Shown here one piece after another: positions 16,090 through 29,845 of a stretch of 64,000 nucleotides of DNA. Location: assembly GCA_951406725.2 (NCBI GenBank), contig OX597814.1, forward strand, positions 17,546,001 to 17,610,000, in the 5' to 3' direction. Under the pieces are notes generated by a model that made no database searches, was not told the DNA's origin, and worked only from the letters and a program-made list of their open reading frames with translations. A program made the translations under genes and the position numbers. This DNA comes from Octopus vulgaris. Its lineage: Eukaryota. Numbering within the stretch: the first letter of the stretch is position 1; every line of letters starts with the position of its first letter.

Positions 16090-16507
16090 AAAGGCGGTGA
16101 GCTGGCAGAAACGTTAGCACGCCGGGCGAAATGCTTAGCGGTACTTCGTCTGCCGCTACGTTCTAAGTTGAAATTCCGCCGAGGTCGACTTTGCCTTACA
16201 TCCTTTCGGGGTCGATTAAATAAGTACCAGCTACGCACTGGGGTCGATATAATCGACTTAATCCGTTTCTTTGTTCTTGTTTGTCCTCTCTGTGTTTAGC
16301 CCCTTGTGGGTAGTAAAGAAATAGGTACTTTGTCTGCCGCTACGTTCTAAGTTGAAATTCCGCCGAGGCCCACTTTGCCTTTCATCCTTTCGCGGTCGAT
16401 TAAATAAGTACCAGTTACGCACTGGGGTCGATGTAATCGACTTTATCCGTTTGTCTGTCATTGTTTGTACCCTCTGTGTTTAGCCCCTTGTGGGTAGTAA
16501 AGAAATA
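16090..16507 (+). mobile_element. SINE family A dimer with target-site duplication (TSD) of about 25 bp
   Basis: GATATGTTTTTATGTATGTACGTTT occurs on both sides; internal junction AAGAAATA|GGTACTT at about 16324. Confidence 0.92.
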
Positions 16508-16809
16508 GATATGTTTTTTATGTATGTACGTTTGTACATGAGTATGCATATGTGCCGTACATGCATATATGTACATGCATGTGTGTGCATGGATATTTGA
16601 TGCTCACTGCTTAAGAATTGAGGTTGGCGTGTTTAAGATCCCGTAATTGAGGAGTTCGGGAGAAAAAATAAGAGATCGATAGTATAAGGACCACGCTGAT
16701 TAAGTACAAGGGGTCGATTCAATCGACCGAAACTTTTCAAGACGACACCTCACCATAAACTGCAACCCAATGAGAGAAACAAGTAAAAGAATAACAGAAT
16801 AACGGAATA

Positions 16810-17182
16810 ACCAGCCGCATGGTTCCGGGTTCAGTCCCACTGCGTGGCATCTTGGGCAGGTGTCTTCAGCTAAGGCCTCGGGCCGACCAATGCCTTGTGA
16901 GTGGATTTGGTAGACGGAAACTGAAAGAAGCCTGTCGTATATATGTATGTGTGTGTATGTGTGTGTCTGTTTCTGTGTTTGTCCCCCTAGCATTGCTTGA
17001 CAACCGATGCTGGTGTGTTTACGTCCCCGTCACATAGCGGTTCGGCAAAAGAGACCGATAGAATAAGTACTGGGCTTACAAAGAATAAGTACAGGGGTCG
17101 ATTTGCTCGATTAAAGGCGGTGCTCCAGCATGGCCACAGTCAAATGACTGAAACAAGTAAAAGAAAGAAAAAGAAAGAAAGA
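16810..17182 (+). mobile_element. SINE family B
   Basis: Family body and tail. Confidence 0.9.
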
Positions 17183-17906
17183 ATAGATGTGTGTGTTCGT
17201 CTATAGCTATATCCGCGTATGTACACCCCCCACCCCTCTTGCATGAGTCTGAAATACGTTAGTTTAGTTTCGTCCTCGCCTTCTTTGTTGTATCAGACTG
17301 ACGAACAAATCTGTGAAGTTTGCGAACAAGCTTGTTTGTCATCAACTGGGATCGCTGCATAGAAAGCTGACCAATCAGCGAATTACTTAGTGAAAGAAAG
17401 ACAGTTGGAATCTGAAAGACAGACGAATAAAACAGTCTGTGTTGAGCTTTGTAAAGGGAAACCTACACACAGACACATGGACTTATGTTATATTCTTTGA
17501 ATAACACTGAAAGTTTTTTTGTTGTTGGTGGTGGTGATGGTGGTGGTGGTGGCGGCGGTGGTGGTCTTGGGTTTTTGTTTAGATGCCGGTCGGCCCCAGA
17601 TCAGGCAGATCTATCTATGATGAAATGAATTCCAATCGTGAACATCTCGTTTATCCACATTTTCTTTCTGGCATCGTATACCACCGGACTACATTGTCCA
17701 GCCAGCGTGTACTTATAAGGCTGCAGTGTGTGAGAAATGAGGTAGGTTTAGCTGCTGTCAATGGCTGTTCAACGTAGAGGCCCTCAGGCTTCTTAGCTGT
17801 TTCAGCGCTTAACTTACAATTGCTTCTTTTATATTGTTGATATCGTAGAACAAAGAAACATATATAAACAGACAAAAAAATGTTTGTTTCTCTTCTTTTT
17901 TTTTTT

Positions 17907-18316
17907 CGCAGGAGTGGCTGTGTGGTAAGTAACTTGCTAACCAACCACATGGTTCCGGGTTCAGTCCCACTGCGTGGCATCTTGGGCAAGTGTCTTCTGC
18001 TATAGCCCCGGGCCGACCAATGCCTTGTGAGTGGATTTGGTAGACGGAAACTGAAAGAAGCCTGTCGTATATATGTATAAATATATGTATGTGTTTTTGT
18101 GTCTGTGTTTGTCCCCCTAGCATTGCTTGACAACCGATGCTGGTGTGTTTACATCTCCGTCACTTACCGGTTCGGCAAAAGAGACCGATAGAATAAGTAC
18201 TGGGCTTACAAAGAATAAGTCCCGGGGGCGATTTGCTCGACTAAAAGCGGTGCTCCAGCATGGCCACAGTCAAATGACTGAAACAAGTAAAAGAGTAAAA
18301 GAGTAAAAGAGTAAAA
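17907..18316 (+). mobile_element. SINE family B, near full length
   Basis: Family head, body and (AGTAAAAG)n tail. Confidence 0.92.
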
Positions 18317-18614
18317 CTATGATAGTTATCCGCTGTTGACAACAATGGGTGACTAAAAGAACTCAATAAACCGTTTGCTTGTGTCACGATCGTTGCGATA
18401 TTTATCTTTTGAATATTGGATGTTTATTCTGTATTTGAAGGTGTATAAGAAGCACTTATTTTTAGCGCAAAAACTATCCCAAAGAATCGTCCCGCATCCT
18501 ATGAGTGAGGTTAGCTTTACTGCATTGAAAATTTTTTTGCATGAATATGCGCTGCTGATATTAGATGCTTCTTTTATGTCATCAAATATGGTATGCATGT
18601 ATAAGTTGAGGCGA

Positions 18615-18771
18615 AAGAGTACAACAGGGGTCGCCACCTCCCCTCTGCCGGAGCCTCGTGGAGCTTTAGGTGTTTTCGCTCAATAAACACTCACAACGCC
18701 CGGTCTGGGAATCGAAACCACGTTCCTGCGACCGCGAGTCCGCTGCCCTAACCACTAGTCTATTGCGCCTC

Positions 18772-18775
<4 letters not shown>
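18615..18775 (-). mobile_element. SINE family C head
   Basis: Reverse complement of the family C head (…CCCTAACCACTAGTCTATTGCGCCTCCAC). Confidence 0.85.
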
Positions 18776-18859
<84 letters not shown>

Positions 18860-18930
18860 CACATACACTCATGTTATGTATACGTATATATTACGAGCAA
18901 AATGCCACCCGTCCAATGGACGGTGCTGAG

Positions 18931-19337
18931 TTACTCTTTTACTCTTTTACTCGTTTCAGTCATTTTGACTGCGGCCATGCTGGAGTACCACCGTTAGTCG
19001 AGCAAATCGACCCCAGGGCATTCTTTGGAAGCCTAGTACTTATTCTATCGGTCTCTTTTGCCGAACCGCTAAGTTACGGGGACGTAAGCGCACCGCCATC
19101 GGTTGCCAAGCGATGTTGGGGGGACAAAGACACACAAACATATACACACATATACACATATATACATATATATGACGGGCTTCTTTCAGTTTCCGTCTAC
19201 CAAATCCACTCAAAAGGCTTTGATTCACTCGATGCTACAGTACAAGACACTTGCCCAAGGTGCCACGTGGTGGGACTGAACCCGGAACCATGTGGTTGGT
19301 AACCAAGCTACTTACCACACAGCGACTCCTACGCCTA
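18931..19337 (-). mobile_element. SINE family B
   Basis: Reverse complement of the family sequence. Confidence 0.9.
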
Positions 19338-19550
19338 TAAGTTGTCAAACATTTAAACCAAATTTTCTCAAAACAACTTGTCCGACTGTCCCAAAATTTG
19401 GTGACACCGTGCATTTTCTCGCGTACGCGTAATATTGATCGTAACAGCTGTTGTACTATCGCGTACAAATGCACGTTCCCACGAATTTATCGATTGCATT
19501 CTCACCTGGAATCGATTTTTGTAATTTTTGTAATAACACGTCCTAATACC

Positions 19551-19770
19551 TATTTCTTTACTACCCACAAGGGGCTAAACGCAGAGAAGACAAACAAGGA
19601 CAGACAAACGGATTAAATCGATTACATCGATCCCCAGTGCGTAACTGGTACTTAATTTACCAACCCCGAGAGGATGAAAGGCAAAGTCGACCTATGAACT
19701 TAGAACGTAACGGCAGACGAAGTACCGCTAAGCATTTCGCCCGGCGTGCTATCGTTTCTGCCAGCTCGCC
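19551..19770 (-). mobile_element. SINE family A monomer with internal deletion
   Basis: TATTTCTTTACTACCCACAAGGGGC...GCCAGCTCGCC. Confidence 0.88.
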
Positions 19771-20213
19771 TCTCAGATACCGTCGATATCTACATATCAA
19801 ATTTGAGCGCAAACGGATGGTGGATGCCCGAGATTCTAAAAGACACACTCACAGACAGACAGAACGGATTTTATATAATAGATGAATAGTAAAATAGAGG
19901 AAACGTAACACAGGAGGAGCAGAGTTTAACAAATACCGTATTAGTTGAATGCGTAGCAGGAGTGGTAAGAGTTTTAACGCTTCGTGTCTTAGTCCTTCAC
20001 ACACATACGTACAAATAGTCGTTAAAAAGTGTTTGTTATATACCACATTTGAATTTTAAGAAGCCCTTTTTTTTTCTTTTTCAAAATAACTGTCCCAAAA
20101 TATTTTCCCGGGTCTTATCAGCGAAGTTGGGCCTGCCGGAAGTATATTGCATTCAAAACTCGCCCTCGAACAAACCGTACTGAAATTGGAGTATGTCTTT
20201 TATGCATTCAAAT

Positions 20214-20345
20214 ACAGTATTACTGGACGCCCAGGAAAGAAGGGAAGAAGGAGGGTTTAACGTTTCGAGCGGAGCTCTTCGTCGGAAACATAGGAGAAGG
20301 AAAGATCCAGAGAAGGGAAGACAGAGGAAAAAAATCGCCAACGGT
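20214..20345 (-). mobile_element. Penelope-like repeat fragment with minimal hammerhead motif
   Basis: Reverse complement of the 31450-31641 family. Confidence 0.6.
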
Positions 20346-20969
20346 ACACTACACACAGAGAGCGAGAGAGAGAGAGAGATACACACATATACAGACATTA
20401 TAAACCGTTTTCATCGTGGAACTCGAAGTAGATCAAGCTATAAATAATAGCGGGTAAATACTGGGATAAAAAAAATGTTTTCTACCAAGGGATTTTCTTT
20501 TTACCCAAATTATTTACACACAAATACTTATAGCTTTATCTGATTCAAGTTCCACCCTTAAATATAATTTTTTTTTTCCAGGCTTAAAAAATTATCCAAG
20601 GTGGTGCTCCAGATGGTCATAATCTAATGACTGAAATATGTAAAAGTACTTTGCAAACTTAGCGACTTATTCTATGGGAAATATCTCTTATTTGGCCGTG
20701 GTAACTAATTGAAACCGGAAGCAAAGAGATTATTGATAGTCAAGAGCTCCTCATGGTTTTACTTATTGTTTGATAAAAGCTATGATTGGTCAGCCATGCG
20801 ATACTTGAGATCTGTTGCATGATATTTGTAAAGAATACATGTACATTTTTTTATATTCATGATAGTATGAATAGACTTACGTATACGTGTATGGCCATAT
20901 GCATGCGCGTCTGTATATTATGCACTTCTATATCTATCTATCTATCTATCTAGCTATCTATCTATCTAT

Positions 20970-21216
20970 ACCGAGGTTACTGTGGTCTTTTCCGTAGGTT
21001 TTTCTTTCCACGGATAAACCTTATCTGTTTCCCCCTTTACACTTTACATCATGACATTTCTGTGATGAACGATCCCTATTGATCTTTTGATCGAAAACTT
21101 ACCCCCTTTTTTTCTTTCTTTCCTTCCTTTTTCTTTTTTTTTTCTCCCCCAAAAGAAACACGCTACTTTGTAATTTGTCCACTCTGTTTTTAGCCCTGTG
21201 TGGCTAATAAAGAAAC
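20970..21216 (+). mobile_element. Tx1/L1-like LINE 3' UTR fragment inside (TATC)n
   Basis: GTGGTCTTTTCCGTAGG...CCACGGATAAACC...AGCCCTGTGTGGCTAATAAAGAAAC; homologous to the 3' UTR of 55763-56565; TATC repeats on both sides. Confidence 0.8.
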
Positions 21217-21247
21217 ATATCTATCTATCTATCTATCTATCTGTCTG

Positions 21248-21308
<61 letters not shown>

Positions 21309-21321
21309 ATATCTATCTGTT

Positions 21322-21387
<66 letters not shown>

Positions 21388-22107
21388 TCCGGCTGGCTAT
21401 CTCTTTCTCTCCCTTGCCAGGTGGTGCTCTTCAGTTAGATATGTCCTGGGCCTATCTTGGCCGAAGCCTATCCATGTATCAAAGTATGTAATACGTATGT
21501 ATCTATTTCCCTCTTTTTCTCCCCCCCTCTCTCTCTGTATACACACACTCGTACACACGTCCATGTGAATATGAATCAATTTTTTTTTAATGCTTTATGT
21601 CTGCGAGTGTATAAATACATGTGATGTGAATGCGGATGTGTTCGCTGTATATGAGTGTGCACGTGCATACATACATACATAAGTGTGTGAGAGCAAACGT
21701 ACGCGTGCATGAACGAGTGTATATAAATATTGCCTAATTGGGAGAACTTAAATCTGAACCACAGAAATGAGACAGTTACTTTTATTATTTCTGTTAGGCA
21801 ACAACACCTCATTGAGCGATGCATTTACTCTTTGTCACAATAAGGTGTATTATTGCAGCCTAACTCTGGTGGGAGGAAGTTGTTTAGAGCCAGCGGATCG
21901 CCTGCTTCTAGGCTTCTTGTGTTGAACACCTGCTAGGATGTGTGGGATAAACCCGTCTGTCAGACGAATCTGGTCTATTATGAAGGCCACCGTTTTACCT
22001 TGCTGTCGCAACGATAACGACATTCTGTGTATATTCATATAGACACGCATATACACATACATGTATGTATGTATGTATGTATGTATGTATGTATGAATTT
22101 ATATATA

Positions 22108-22143
<36 letters not shown>

Positions 22144-22188
22144 TGTATGTATGTATATATGTATGTATGTATGTATATGTATGTATAT

Positions 22189-22222
<34 letters not shown>

Positions 22223-22490
22223 AGAAATATGCACATACGTAAACATATTCATCTCGTATACATGAATAAATATATATATTTGCATAAATATGTGTGTGTA
22301 TATATGCATATATACATTTATACATATGTATGTGTATACACATGTATACATACATGCATACATATGTATATATGTGTATGTATATGTCTGTATATATTTG
22401 TCTATATATATGTGCCTGTATATGTATATATATGTATGTTTATATGCGTCTATATATATGCATGCATACATGTGTGTGTCTGTATATATG

Positions 22491-22525
<35 letters not shown>

Positions 22526-22717
22526 CTATATATATATAAATATATATATATTATGTATATATATATGTGTCTATATATATGTATGTATATACATATGTAT
22601 ATGTATATATGTGTTTATATATGTATGTGTCTATATATATGTATGTATATACATATGTATATGTATATATGTGTTTATATATGTATGTATATATGTGTAT
22701 ATATATATATATATATA

Positions 22718-22766
<49 letters not shown>

Positions 22767-23164
22767 GTGTGTGTGTGTGCGTGTGTGTATTATACTTCTG
22801 CCCTGCTTGGTTGGGGAAAGACGTGGTATGACGTATATATGGTGGACAACAGTGTTTAGAAAAGGAATAGTTCAGGTCTTTCTCCTTTACAGCTCAAAAC
22901 ATTCAAACCCCTTTATTCAAACGTAATCTGAATAGGGTGGCAGAAGAGGGGTTAAGAAGGGGGTGATCAGCCCTCAGGTAAAATTGTATGGAAGTTGGAT
23001 AAGTATGCTGACTATAACATAGGTGGGTTTCTCGCAACCAAAATTTTGCCCCTGGGTTTGAATGCTGAAAGGAAAGTGGAGGGAAGTATTCACTGAGAAC
23101 AGTGGGGTCTGACTTTCAATGTAACCTTGTGTTCACTCACTGTGTTCTCTATGTGCGTGTGTGC

Positions 23165-23208
<44 letters not shown>

Positions 23209-23332
23209 GCATATACACATTTTCATGTATATATATTTGCGTGTGTACATGCGCACACTTATATGCACACACACACACACCCATATATATGTATATGCAT
23301 GTATATGCATGTATATGTGTGTGTGTGTGTGT

Positions 23333-23382
<50 letters not shown>

Positions 23383-23860
23383 AAGTAAATAAGTAAGAAG
23401 ACATGTGAAAATCGCGTACAGGCAGTAACTACCCCGACTGGACTAAGTACCCAAAACCCAACTTCAAACGAAAGGATACAAAATCGGTGCAAATAAATGT
23501 TGGCTACATACAGGTAATTTATTGGTGAAGCTAATGAAAGCATGATATAATAAACAATGGGCAGTGTGTTTCAAGGGTATTAAATCCTTTATAACTTAGT
23601 TACAGAAATCCGTTTATAAAACGTATATATATATGGAAAAACTGAAAAAAGAGAAAATCTCAAGTTTCTAGTTATTCATCATAGAAATGCATAAACTCTG
23701 AAAGTTTGTATTTGTAATGTCACTAAAGAAATAGTGCTTTCGAGCAGTTCTTTTTATTGATTTAAACTGCGCAGTTCTGTAAAAGTCCTGAGAACAACTA
23801 TAAAATCACGCAAGAGAGTGGAAAAGCAAGTAGTCTTGCATAGATACCAAATAATAGATA

Positions 23861-24389
23861 TTGGGTTGTCCGGAAAGTTCGTGCCGATTTTTAAAAGAAA
23901 GAAGAAGGTCAATAAATACTTGCCATTACATTTTTAATCAACTGAAAATGAGCCATTTTGTTGCACAATGCGCCTCCATCTTTCCTTTAACTTGAAAATG
24001 CCCTCTTCCCAGAATTGAGGTGGTTTCATGGCAAATAATTCAAGGTTACAATTAAGTCAATTCTGCAGAGACCTGAATAAGTGGAAATCCGAAGGAGCAA
24101 TATCCTGTGAATATGGAGGGTGGGGTAAGACATCCCAGCCGAGCTGCAGCAATTTTTGTCTGGTTCCCAAAGCATCAAGCGCCGAAAATGAACTTTCTAA
24201 TCTTCCATTTTAAAGGGTTACAGAATTAACATAGGTTATAGGAACATAAATCTTCTTCCACGAAAAGATAGCTTAAACTGTAATCTAAATAGAGGTGTAG
24301 TCAAATCCTATTTTATAGACTCAGCCATGTTCTAAAATAGTCGGAAGGTAAGCTATTATAAATCGGCACGAACTTTCCGGACAACCCAA
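23861..24389 (-). mobile_element. Internally deleted mariner transposon
   Basis: Perfect TIRs of about 30 bp (TTGGGTTGTCCGGAAAGTTCGTGCCGATTT) with TA TSD. Minus strand encodes TRQKLLQLGWDVLPHPPYSQDIAPSDFHLFRSLQN (YSPDLAPSD motif). Confidence 0.93.
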
Positions 24390-25231
24390 TACTAACTCTT
24401 AAACTAGAAAAGATGATTACGTGTACAATAAGGAACATAGTTTTCAGCTATGTTCTCGACAGAATATATGCTTTCAAGCGAAACTATGAACTACATGTTT
24501 GCCCATATATATATCCAACAATCCCATACTGTTCAAAATTGCTGTGAAACGTTTACAGCAATTGCCAGCTCTTATCAACATTTAGCGAGATATATTCGAT
24601 CCTTTGAATATCCTTCGAAGTATCCGTCGAATGTAAATAATGCAAATAATGTAAATAATGTAAATAATGTATGCTCGGTCCTTGTTTTACAAAACAAATG
24701 TCTTTAATATATTTCTCAAAATGCAAATGTTAATGATACTATTGATGTTGTTATGATGATGATGATAACAACAGTAACAAGAAAAATATTACTTTATTTT
24801 CAAAACCTTTTATGAAACACAAAAAGTGTCTCGGCACATCAGAAACCAAGTATTTACGCATATTACCATGAATGTATGTATGTATGTATGTATGTATGTA
24901 TGTATGTATGTATGTATGTATGTATGTATGTATGTATGTATGCGTGCATGTATGTCATTATTCAGTTTATTTCAAGATTTCTTGCCAATAGAGAAAGAGC
25001 CGGTTTCTTACCTAGATGCAAGATTCCTTCACTGGAATTTCAACATCAACATCACGGTATTTTTGAACGTACGTACGTACGTATGTATGTATGCATGTAT
25101 ATATGTATGCATGCATGTATGTATGTATGTATGTATGTATGTATGTATGTATGTATGTATGTATGTATGTGTGTGTGTTTGTGTCTGTCTGCACATGTGT
25201 ATATGGATATATATATATATAGATATATATA

Positions 25232-25628
25232 AACTAGCAGTATCGCCCGGCGTTGCTCGGGTTGGTAAGGGAAATAACTATATAAGCATTTTTAGAGAGT
25301 TATAGCCAAAAAATAGCCAAAAAATGCATTACAAATGAAAAAAAAATGATGGTAATTTTTTTTTAAATCGTTGACTCATCGTAGACATTTTTAGAGAGTT
25401 ACTTCCCTTATATAATAGCGAAACAATGCATTAAAATGGAAAAAAAATGATGGTAAATTATTTTTAAAATCGTAGCCTCATCGTAGACGCGCACTAATAT
25501 CCAGAAGGGATCGATATGAATCACGACTATAAGATACCCGGTTTTGGTTAAACTGCACCGCAAAATTTGGGAGTAGTTAAGAATCTAAATCGTAGGAGAC
25601 AGACACACAACTTGACTTTTATATATAA

Positions 25629-25632
<4 letters not shown>
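25232..25632 (+). mobile_element. HINE/DINE-1-like (Helentron-associated) non-autonomous element
   Basis: Starts AACTAGCAG with hairpin CCCGGCGTTGCTCGGG; has an internal duplicated block (CATTTTTAGAGAGTTA; ATGATGGTAA..TAAATCGT..CTCATCGTAGAC); ends GACAGACAC...TTTTATATATAAAGAT. Confidence 0.6.
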
Positions 25633-25676
<44 letters not shown>

Positions 25677-26110
25677 GCATATATGTTCGACTGCGTTTTT
25701 TATGCTTGTACAATTGTGTAAGATAAGCACAAAAGATAAAACGTATTACAAACTGAAACTATATATCTAAGAATGAAAACCACAATAATGCATATGGACT
25801 TACAGACACATAGTTAAACAATTGTATGTGCTTATATATATGCATACAGACACGCGCATACACGCAAGCGGGCGCACACATATACCAACTGACCGCTTCG
25901 TTTAATTAGCCGCTTCCCCGTTTCCGGTGAATATATGTACAAACCCTACACAAAGTCAACAACTGTTTTATATTATGTGACTTAGCAAAGACATGTCTTT
26001 TGCACAACAGCTGTTGACGAAGTGAATGTTTGTCGAAACAGTTTGATCTCCCACGATATAACTTACACCTCATTTTTCATAAATGTGTGTAATAAATACA
26101 TACATACACG

Positions 26111-26173
<63 letters not shown>

Positions 26174-26216
26174 AGGGAGAGACAAACAGGCGGAAGGACA
26201 CAGACAGACAGACAAA

Positions 26217-26254
<38 letters not shown>

Positions 26255-26258
<4 letters not shown>

Positions 26259-26501
26259 GATTGGTGCATAATTATTGCGGCGTTTTTTCAACAAATTTTA
26301 TTCAACAAAACAATAATAACATGTAACAAAAATATCTTTAAATGATTATTCCGGAGCATATTCATCATCTACTTCAATTACTGTTTCCCATTTGCTTGGC
26401 AGACGGTCAGACTGTCATTTAAAGATGTTTTTGTTAAATATTGGTATTGTTTTTGTTGAATAAATTTGTTGAAAAAATCGCAATAATTATGCACCAACCC
26501 A

Positions 26502-26502
<1 letters not shown>
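26255..26502. mobile_element. Mariner-derived fold-back MITE
   Basis: TIR TTGGG(A)TTGGTGCATAATTATTGCG; inverted repeat extends about 90 bp; TA flanks; centre encodes the transposase C-terminus DRLPSKWETVIEVDDEYAPE* on the minus strand. Confidence 0.85.
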
Positions 26503-26574
<72 letters not shown>

Positions 26575-26582
26575 GAGATAAA

Positions 26583-26874
26583 TAACTTTCTTTATTGGCC
26601 ACACAGGGCTGAACACAGTGGTGGGGGACAAATACAAATCTAGAGCTTTTCTTCCCGAAAACAGAAAAAGGAGAAAAAAAGTAAAATTCCGATCAAAAGG
26701 CATCGGGAGAAAAAAAGGCGATCAAAAGGGATCGTGTATCACAGAAAAAAATTTTTAAATGTAAGAAGCAAGATTAGGTTTATCCGTGGAAAGAAAAGCC
26801 TACGGAAAAGACCACGCTACCATCAGGCAGGGAGGGAATAAACACATGAGAGCAAAGTGCTCTCTCTCTCTCTC

Positions 26875-26918
<44 letters not shown>

Positions 26919-26958
26919 TCTCTCTCACTCTCTCTCTCTCTCTCTCTCTCTTCTTACG
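26583..26958 (-). mobile_element. Tx1/L1-like LINE 3' UTR inside (GATA)n
   Basis: Closely matches 55763-56070; GATA repeats on both sides. Confidence 0.85.
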
Positions 26959-26960
26959 AT

Positions 26961-27039
<79 letters not shown>

Positions 27040-27330
27040 CTATGCGACGAAGCATTTTGCTTAACTTATTAACAGAGCTCACCGCATTTATAATAGTTTC
27101 ATATACTTGCACAGTTCAACAATTTTAATGAGGCGAGGGTAAGTCGGATACATCAAACCTCAGTGCTCAAATAGTATTTATTTCAACGATACCTAGAGGA
27201 TGAAGGGTAAAGTCAAACCTGACGGAATTTGAACTCAGAACGTAAAGACGGACAAAATGCCTCGAAATGTCTTATCGACGCGCTAACTGTTTTGCCTGCT
27301 ACCGTCATAATAATGGTAATGCTTTCCACT

Positions 27331-27717
27331 GTGGAGGCGCAATGGCCCAGTGGTTAGGGCAGCGGACTCGCGGTCATAGGATCGCGGTTTCGATTCCCAG
27401 ACCGGGCGTTGTGAGTGTTTATTGAGCGAAAACACCTAAAAAAGCTCCACGAGGCTCCGGCAGGGGATGGTGGTGATCCCTGCTGTACTCTTTCACCACA
27501 ACTTTCTCTCACTCTTACTTCCTGTTTCTGTTGTACCTGTATTCCAAAGGGCCGGCCTTGTCACTCTCTGTGTCACGCTGAATATCCCCGAGAACTACGT
27601 TAAGGGTACACGTGTCTGTGGAGTGCTCAGCCACTTACACGTTAATTTCACGAGCAGGCTGTTCCGTTGATTCGGATCAACCGGAACCCTCGTCGTCGTA
27701 ACCGACGGAGTGCTTCC
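27331..27717 (+). mobile_element. SINE family C, full length with TSD
   Basis: A box TGGCCCAGTGG, B box GTTTCGATTCC; ends GACGGAGTGCTTCC; TSD AATGCTTTCCACT. Confidence 0.95.
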
Positions 27718-27938
27718 AATGCTTTCCACTACAGATAGACACAAGATCTAAAATATGTGGGGAAGGAAGAATCTATTGTCGATGGCATCGACAACAGTGC
27801 TCGACTGTTATTTCTTTTATCAACCCTGAAATGTTGTAAGACAAAGTTGACCCCGGTGGAGTTTGAAATCAGAAAATGAAGACGGACGAAATGCCTCTGA
27901 GTCCCGTGTGCTAATGAAACTACCGTTTCACCGCCTTC

Positions 27939-28039
<101 letters not shown>

Positions 28040-28207
28040 TTACAAAGGGTTTTGTCCGTTTTTGAAAAAATTCGAGTAAAAACTGTTTAACAACGAAAGA
28101 TTGTAACAATGAAAAACTCCCAATAGGGGGAGGTGCTTCGAAAGGTTCCTGGTGGAAAAAAACCCATTTGGTATTGAACTCAGAAAGTAGCAACGAGCGA
28201 AATACCT

Positions 28208-28438
28208 ATTTCTTTATTGCCCACAAGGGGGCTAAACATAGAGGGAACAAACAAGGACAGACAAACGGATCAAGTCGATTACATCAACCCCAGTACGCAA
28301 CTGGAACTTAATTTATTGACCCCGAAAGGATGAAAGGCAAAGTCGATCTCGGCGGAATTTGAACTCAGAACGTAACGGCAGACGAAATACGGCTACGCAT
28401 TTAGCCCGGCATGCTAACATTTCTGCCAGCTCGCCGCC

Positions 28439-28440
<2 letters not shown>
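28208..28440 (-). mobile_element. SINE family A monomer
   Basis: Complete head and tail; the tail joins GGTATTTCG of an older related SINE stub (28174-28207). Confidence 0.9.
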
Positions 28441-28497
<57 letters not shown>

Positions 28498-28612
28498 TTA
28501 ATATTACAATACACATATATGTCCTTTATTCATCCAGTGTTTCTATACATACAGACATATTTGGTATTAACTACGTATACACATACACACGCACGTACAG
28601 ACTAGAGAAGAT

Positions 28613-28659
<47 letters not shown>

Positions 28660-29139
28660 CTTTTATTTTTGATTTGTTTCAGTCATTGGACTGCGGGATC
28701 TGCCTTAATGATGATCTGAAGGATCTACATTGACTGATAGGGATCTGCCTTGAATGGTTTTGAGATGACCCCGGTTCTTATATTTTTTAAACCCTCCTCT
28801 CTCTCTCTATTGGTCACGATTTACGGAATATAAACAAACCAGCAACGGTTGTCATGCGGTGGCAGCGAAAAAAAAAAAAAATCATACACATATACCCGGC
28901 GGGTTGCTTTCAGCTTCTGTCAACCAAGTCGACTCACAAGTCTCTTTGATCGACTGGCGGATATTGTAGAAGACACTTGCCCACGGTGCCCTATAGTGGG
29001 ACTGAACTCGGAAACATGGGGTTGCGAAGTAAACTTCTTACTACGGAGTCACACCTACACACCTATCTATATGTCTTTCTCACTCTCTCTCATTCACTCA
29101 CTGTCTCTCTCTCCCTCTCTCACTCACTCTCTCCCTACA

Positions 29140-29282
<143 letters not shown>

Positions 29283-29309
29283 GGGAGAAAGCGAAAGAAA
29301 AAGTTTCAT

Positions 29310-29574
29310 TTTATTCTTTTATATGTTTCAGTGATTTGGCTGTGGTCATGCTGGAGCAATGCCTTACAGGGTTTTTTTTGTAGCTGAAGAAATCGACTCC
29401 ACAACTTGTCCCTTGTAAGCTTAGTTCTCATTCTATTGGTGTCTCCGACGAACCGCTAGGTCACGGGGACGTAAATACACCAACATCGGTTGTCAAACGA
29501 TGGTGGGATAACAAACATAGACGCGCGCACACACAAACACACGCACACACACACACACACATATATATACGTAT

Positions 29575-29609
<35 letters not shown>

Positions 29610-29805
29610 GAAAAAAAGAGAGGGAAAATGAATATATATATATATATATAGGGCTTCTTTCAGTTTCCGTATATCAGATCCACTTACAAGGCTTTGGTTG
29701 CTCCGAGGCGATAGCAGAATACACTTACCCAAGGTGTCACGCAATGGGACTGACCCCAGAACCATGGGGCTGGAAAGCAACCTTAGCACACAGCCACACC
29801 TGCGC

Positions 29806-29808
<3 letters not shown>
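29310..29808 (-). mobile_element. SINE family B, diverged
   Basis: Family motifs at both ends; expanded central microsatellite. Confidence 0.8.

Positions 29809-29845
<37 letters not shown>

Larger units (their letters stand above)
18888..19882 (+). mobile_element. Putative HINE/Helentron-like element hosting two nested SINEs
   Basis: Subterminal hairpin CCGTCCAATGGACGG near 18910; far end ACAGACAGAC...TTTTATATAATAGAT, like 25232-25632. Confidence 0.4.

Noticed and set aside
19086-19106. Small A>G cluster in SINE B (also at 61811-61828)
   Set aside because: The changes are antisense to the SINE, few, and mostly CpA/CpG toggles, so CpG decay or subfamily variation explains them.
27333-27410. 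SINE C/D/E heads as functional tRNA-Arg genes
   Set aside because: A and B boxes are present but there is no canonical cloverleaf, and they continue into SINE bodies with TSDs.
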